In this document: positions 60,722-64,000 of the stretch, piece by piece
How positions within the stretch are numbered: the first letter of the stretch is position 1
Layout of the letters: the number at the start of each line of letters is the position of its first letter
DNA from: Nitrosopumilus sp.
Lineage (GTDB): Archaea; Thermoproteota; Nitrososphaeria; Nitrososphaerales; Nitrosopumilaceae
Direction: 5' to 3'
DNA length: 64,000 bases
Assembly (NCBI GenBank): GCA_965205425.1
Contig: CBDBGZ010000009.1
Span: forward strand, 512,001-576,000
The notes under the pieces: generated by a model
What the model was told of the DNA's origin: nothing
The model's database searches: none
What the model saw: the letters and a program-made list of their open reading frames with translations, nothing else
Translations under genes and position numbers: made by a program

Positions 60722-61244
60722 AGTAGTAAGAATTGGACAACGTCTAGTAAGAGATGATAGAGTAACAACACATGTTGCACTAGTTTCTCGAGGATTTGGT
60801 GCAGAGCGAATTTACATGACAGAGATAAATCCAGAAATTAAGGATACTATTGAAAAAATTAACAATACATGGGGAGGAAATTTTGAGATAGAATTTATTG
60901 AAAAATGGAAACCAATTGTAAAAAAGAAGAAAGATGAAGGATTCAAAATTGTTCATCTTTCAATGTATGGTGAAAGTATCAATGAGGCTCAAGAAAAAAT
61001 TCAAGACGAAGAAAATCTATTAGTTGTTGTAGGAGCTGAAAAAGTTCCAAGAGAGATTTATGAATTAGCAGATTACAATATTGGTGTTGGAAGTCAACCT
61101 CATTCAGAGATTAGTGCTTTAGCAATTCTTTTAGATCGAATACAAAAAGGCAAACAATTTGAAAAAGAGTTTCCCAATGCAAAAAGAAAGATCATTCCTA
61201 CCAAAAATGGTAAAAATGTGCAAGTAAAAGAAACAAGGGATTAA
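60711..61244 (+). CDS. trm56: tRNA (cytidine-56-2'-O)-methyltransferase aTrm56
   Basis: [41 protein letters not shown] motifs. TTG at 60711 is the likely start. Confidence 0.93.
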   Translation: MVIEVVRIGQRLVRDDRVTTHVALVSRGFGAERIYMTEINPEIKDTIEKINNTWGGNFEIEFIEKWKPIVKKKKDEGFKIVHLSMYGESINEAQEKIQDEENLLVVVGAEKVPREIYELADYNIGVGSQPHSEISALAILLDRIQKGKQFEKEFPNAKRKIIPTKNGKNVQVKETRD

Positions 61245-61270
61245 TAGTAGAAAATCAGGAGTCATTAGAG

Positions 61271-61786
61271 TTGGTAGACAAATACGAGGATCCTTTTGTT
61301 AGAATTGCTTCAATGATTGGAGGAGATGAATATCTCAAAGTAGCAAGATCTCTTCTAAAAGCCGAAGATGCTACTGATGAAGAAATTGCTAGTTCTACAG
61401 GTCTCAGAATCAATATGGTAAGAAAAGTATTGTATGATCTATTTGGGAAATCTCTAATTACGGGTATCAGAGTCAAAGATGAAAGAAAAGGATGGTTTGT
61501 CTATAGATGGAGAACTAGAAGAGAAGAAGTAGAACATTTTATTGAAAATCAAAAAAAGAAAATTGATGAAAGATTACAACAAAGATTAGATTATGAAAAT
61601 GCTTCAGATTTCTATCATTGTGGAAATGAAGATTGTCCTAGGGTAACATTTGAAAATGCTCTTGATGGAATGTTCAAATGCCCATCATGTCAGAATGTCT
61701 TGAATCTAAAAAAGAATGATAAATCTAAAAAAGCATATCAAAAGAAAATTGATGAGATCAAAAAAGATATGCAACAAACTTTTTGA
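61271..61786 (+). CDS. tfe: Transcription factor E (TFE alpha)
   Basis: TDEEIA..TGLRIN.VRKVLYDL, GWFVYRW, Zn ribbon with FKCPSC. Confidence 0.94.
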   Translation: MVDKYEDPFVRIASMIGGDEYLKVARSLLKAEDATDEEIASSTGLRINMVRKVLYDLFGKSLITGIRVKDERKGWFVYRWRTRREEVEHFIENQKKKIDERLQQRLDYENASDFYHCGNEDCPRVTFENALDGMFKCPSCQNVLNLKKNDKSKKAYQKKIDEIKKDMQQTF

Positions 61787-61866
61787 TTTATTTTTGAAAT
61801 TATATTAAATAGAAAATTTGAAAAATAGGTTACTAGAATAAATAGGAGAAAATCATCCGAATATCC

Positions 61867-63258
61867 TTGAGTCAAATATCTACAGTAAATCCAGCTACCG
61901 GAGAAGAAATTAATACATTTTCTGCAATGGATAAAAATCAAGTATTTGATTTGGTAGGAAAAGCAAAAAGAGCATATCCTGAATGGAAGAAAGATTATGA
62001 GAAACGCAGAAGTTACATTTACAATTTAGTTGAATATCTAAAGAAAAACAAAACAAGACTAGCAACAGTGGCAACATCTGAAATGGGTAAACCGCTCAAA
62101 GAATCAATTGGAGAGATTGAAAAATGTGCATGGGCTTTAGAATTTTATGCAGATCATGGAGATAGTTTTCTTTCTGATGAAGTATTGAACACAGATGCAA
62201 GAAAGAGTTTTCTAACTTTTGAACCACTTGGGGTTATAGGCTCAATTATGCCATGGAATTTTCCTTATTGGCAAGCATTAAGATTTGCAGCTCCTTGTCT
62301 AATGGCTGGAAATGTGATTGTTATGAAGCCATCTAGAGTTACAATGCAATCAGGTATTGAAATTGAAAAAGCATTTACTGAATCTGGAATACCTGATGGA
62401 ATTTTTCAAACTGTTGTTGGAAGCGTGGAATCTGCAAATCATCTTATAGACTCAGATGTTAATGCTGTAACCTTTACTGGTAGTACCAATGCAGGGGCAA
62501 AAGTAGGTGAAAGAGCAGCAAAGAACTTGAAGAAATGTGTTTTAGAATTAGGTGGAAGTGATCCTTTCATAGTATTAGATGATGCAATTATTGAAAATGC
62601 AGCAGAGGGTGCAGTTAAAGGTAGATTCATCAATTGTGGTCAAAGTTGTGTTGCATCAAAAAGATTTTTTGTTGGAAAAAATATTGCAGACGAATTTATT
62701 GAATTATTTATTAAAAAAGCATCTCAGCTCAAAGTAGGAAATCCTATGTCGATTGAAACAGATGTTGGGCCATTATCAAGTAAAGACGGTTTAGAAACAA
62801 TTTCTGGAATAGTTGAAGATGCAAAAGAAAAAGGTGCAGAAATTCTTCTAGGAGGATCTGAAATAGATGGAAAAGGATTCTTCTACAAACCAACAATTCT
62901 TAGAAATGTCAAATCAAATATGAGAATAGCACAAGAGGAAACTTTTGGGCCAGTAGCTCCAATCACAATTGTTGAAAATGAAAGTGAGGCAGTGAAATTA
63001 GCTAATGAAAGTGAATTTGGTCTTGGTGCAAGTATTTGGACAAAAGATCTTGCTAAAGCAGATAAAATGTCTAGACGTATAGAATCTGGAATAGTGAGTG
63101 TCAACAATGTGGTAATTTCAGACCCACGAATTCCATTTGGAGGAATAAAACATAGTGGATTTGGAAGAGAATTATCAAGATATGGTATGTTAGAATTTGT
63201 AAATTTGAAATCAGTTAGATTTTATGATAATTTAACACATCATCACTACGTAGAGTAA
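61867..63258 (+). CDS. NAD(P)-dependent aldehyde dehydrogenase, succinate-semialdehyde dehydrogenase-like
   Basis: IMPWNFP, FTGST, LELGGSDP, GQSC, EETFGP, PFGGIKHSGFGRE motifs. Confidence 0.9.
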   Translation: MSQISTVNPATGEEINTFSAMDKNQVFDLVGKAKRAYPEWKKDYEKRRSYIYNLVEYLKKNKTRLATVATSEMGKPLKESIGEIEKCAWALEFYADHGDSFLSDEVLNTDARKSFLTFEPLGVIGSIMPWNFPYWQALRFAAPCLMAGNVIVMKPSRVTMQSGIEIEKAFTESGIPDGIFQTVVGSVESANHLIDSDVNAVTFTGSTNAGAKVGERAAKNLKKCVLELGGSDPFIVLDDAIIENAAEGAVKGRFINCGQSCVASKRFFVGKNIADEFIELFIKKASQLKVGNPMSIETDVGPLSSKDGLETISGIVEDAKEKGAEILLGGSEIDGKGFFYKPTILRNVKSNMRIAQEETFGPVAPITIVENESEAVKLANESEFGLGASIWTKDLAKADKMSRRIESGIVSVNNVVISDPRIPFGGIKHSGFGRELSRYGMLEFVNLKSVRFYDNLTHHHYVE

Positions 63259-63278
63259 ATTATTTGAATAAAAGAAGA

Positions 63279-63578
63279 TTATTCCTCTGAATCATCAAAT
63301 TCATCATCTTCTTCTGAATCATCATCCTCATCATCACATTCCTCTAATTCAACATGTGTTGGATTACCATCATCGCCAAAGAATATCTCAATACAGGTAT
63401 CAGTAGCTAAAGTGGGAACTAAAATTTCAATTAATTCTTTAGGAAAATTTCCCAATCTACTTGGATCAGAAGAATAGCGATATGTGGTTAATTCTTCTTC
63501 ATGATAAAAATCAATTTCAATATCACCAGTAGTAAATTTTCTTACTGTTGTTACTTGACCAAATATGCTGTAAGACAA
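63279..63578 (-). CDS. Small hypothetical protein with acidic tail
   Basis: 99-aa ORF directly downstream of the hemerythrin gene. Confidence 0.65.
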   Translation of the reverse strand: MSYSIFGQVTTVRKFTTGDIEIDFYHEEELTTYRYSSDPSRLGNFPKELIEILVPTLATDTCIEIFFGDDGNPTHVELEECDDEDDDSEEDDEFDDSEE

Positions 63579-63580
63579 AA

Positions 63581-64000
63581 TTAACTTCCTTGTTCAGAGA
63601 CATCTTTTGTGAGATTTTCAGCTAATTGTTCATAATGATCTCTTGTTTTACCAATCTCATCAAGTTTTGATTTTTCAATTTCAGTAAGTTCCTTGTCAAC
63701 TTTTTCAGAAACATATTGTAATCTTGCTTCTGCCATCATGAATAATTTATTATTCTCTTTCCATAAATGCTCAGTGATATGTTCAACATATTGTTGCATA
63801 TCACTAACCAATTTTGTCGGATCACCAGATGAAAGGTAATTTTTTGCTGACACTTCCATTTCAGCACCGATTTCTCGTGAACGTTGATGATCAATTAACA
63901 TCATTGCAATAGGTCCCATGTTAGTAGGCAAACCAGCTTGCTCTAAAGCAGGAAATAGTGATTTTTCTTCTTTACTATGATGACAGACATCTGTAAAGTT
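63581..64000 (-). CDS. Hemerythrin (HHE cation-binding) domain protein, 5' end outside window
   Basis: Manual extension gives FTDVCHHSKEEKSLFP, then GPIAMMLIDH and HLWKENNKLF. Confidence 0.88.
   Translation of the reverse strand, partial: NFTDVCHHSKEEKSLFPALEQAGLPTNMGPIAMMLIDHQRSREIGAEMEVSAKNYLSSGDPTKLVSDMQQYVEHITEHLWKENNKLFMMAEARLQYVSEKVDKELTEIEKSKLDEIGKTRDHYEQLAENLTKDVSEQGS

Overview
AT-rich archaeal chromosome segment. Gene content (large acidic S-layer protein, TiaS, Dph2, Csl4, L44e/S27e, thermosome, NAC, aTrm56, TFE, MptE, CobY) points to an ammonia-oxidising archaeon of the Nitrosopumilus type. It is mostly core genome: subtilase, membrane-anchored stalk protein and S-layer locus; ThrC with a Ubl-E1 fusion; his operon; HMG-CoA reductase; initiator tRNA-Met; guaB/folP/mptE/guaA; a late cobalamin operon; asd, ctaB, ubiD, hflX and tfe. 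Three intact IS elements are present: one IS481 with a 13-bp target duplication and two 1146-bp IS630 copies, one of which disrupts an exported-protein gene. An accessory block of hypothetical, repeat-containing proteins lies at about 49-53.5 kb. The best leads are a SlaB-like S-layer anchor plus protease behind slaA, the ThrC/Ubl-E1 pair, the accessory block with phasin-like proteins, a glutaminase-less CbiP, two genes with no canonical start codon, and mosaic IS630 copies. All calls come from motifs and recalled family knowledge; no database searches were run.
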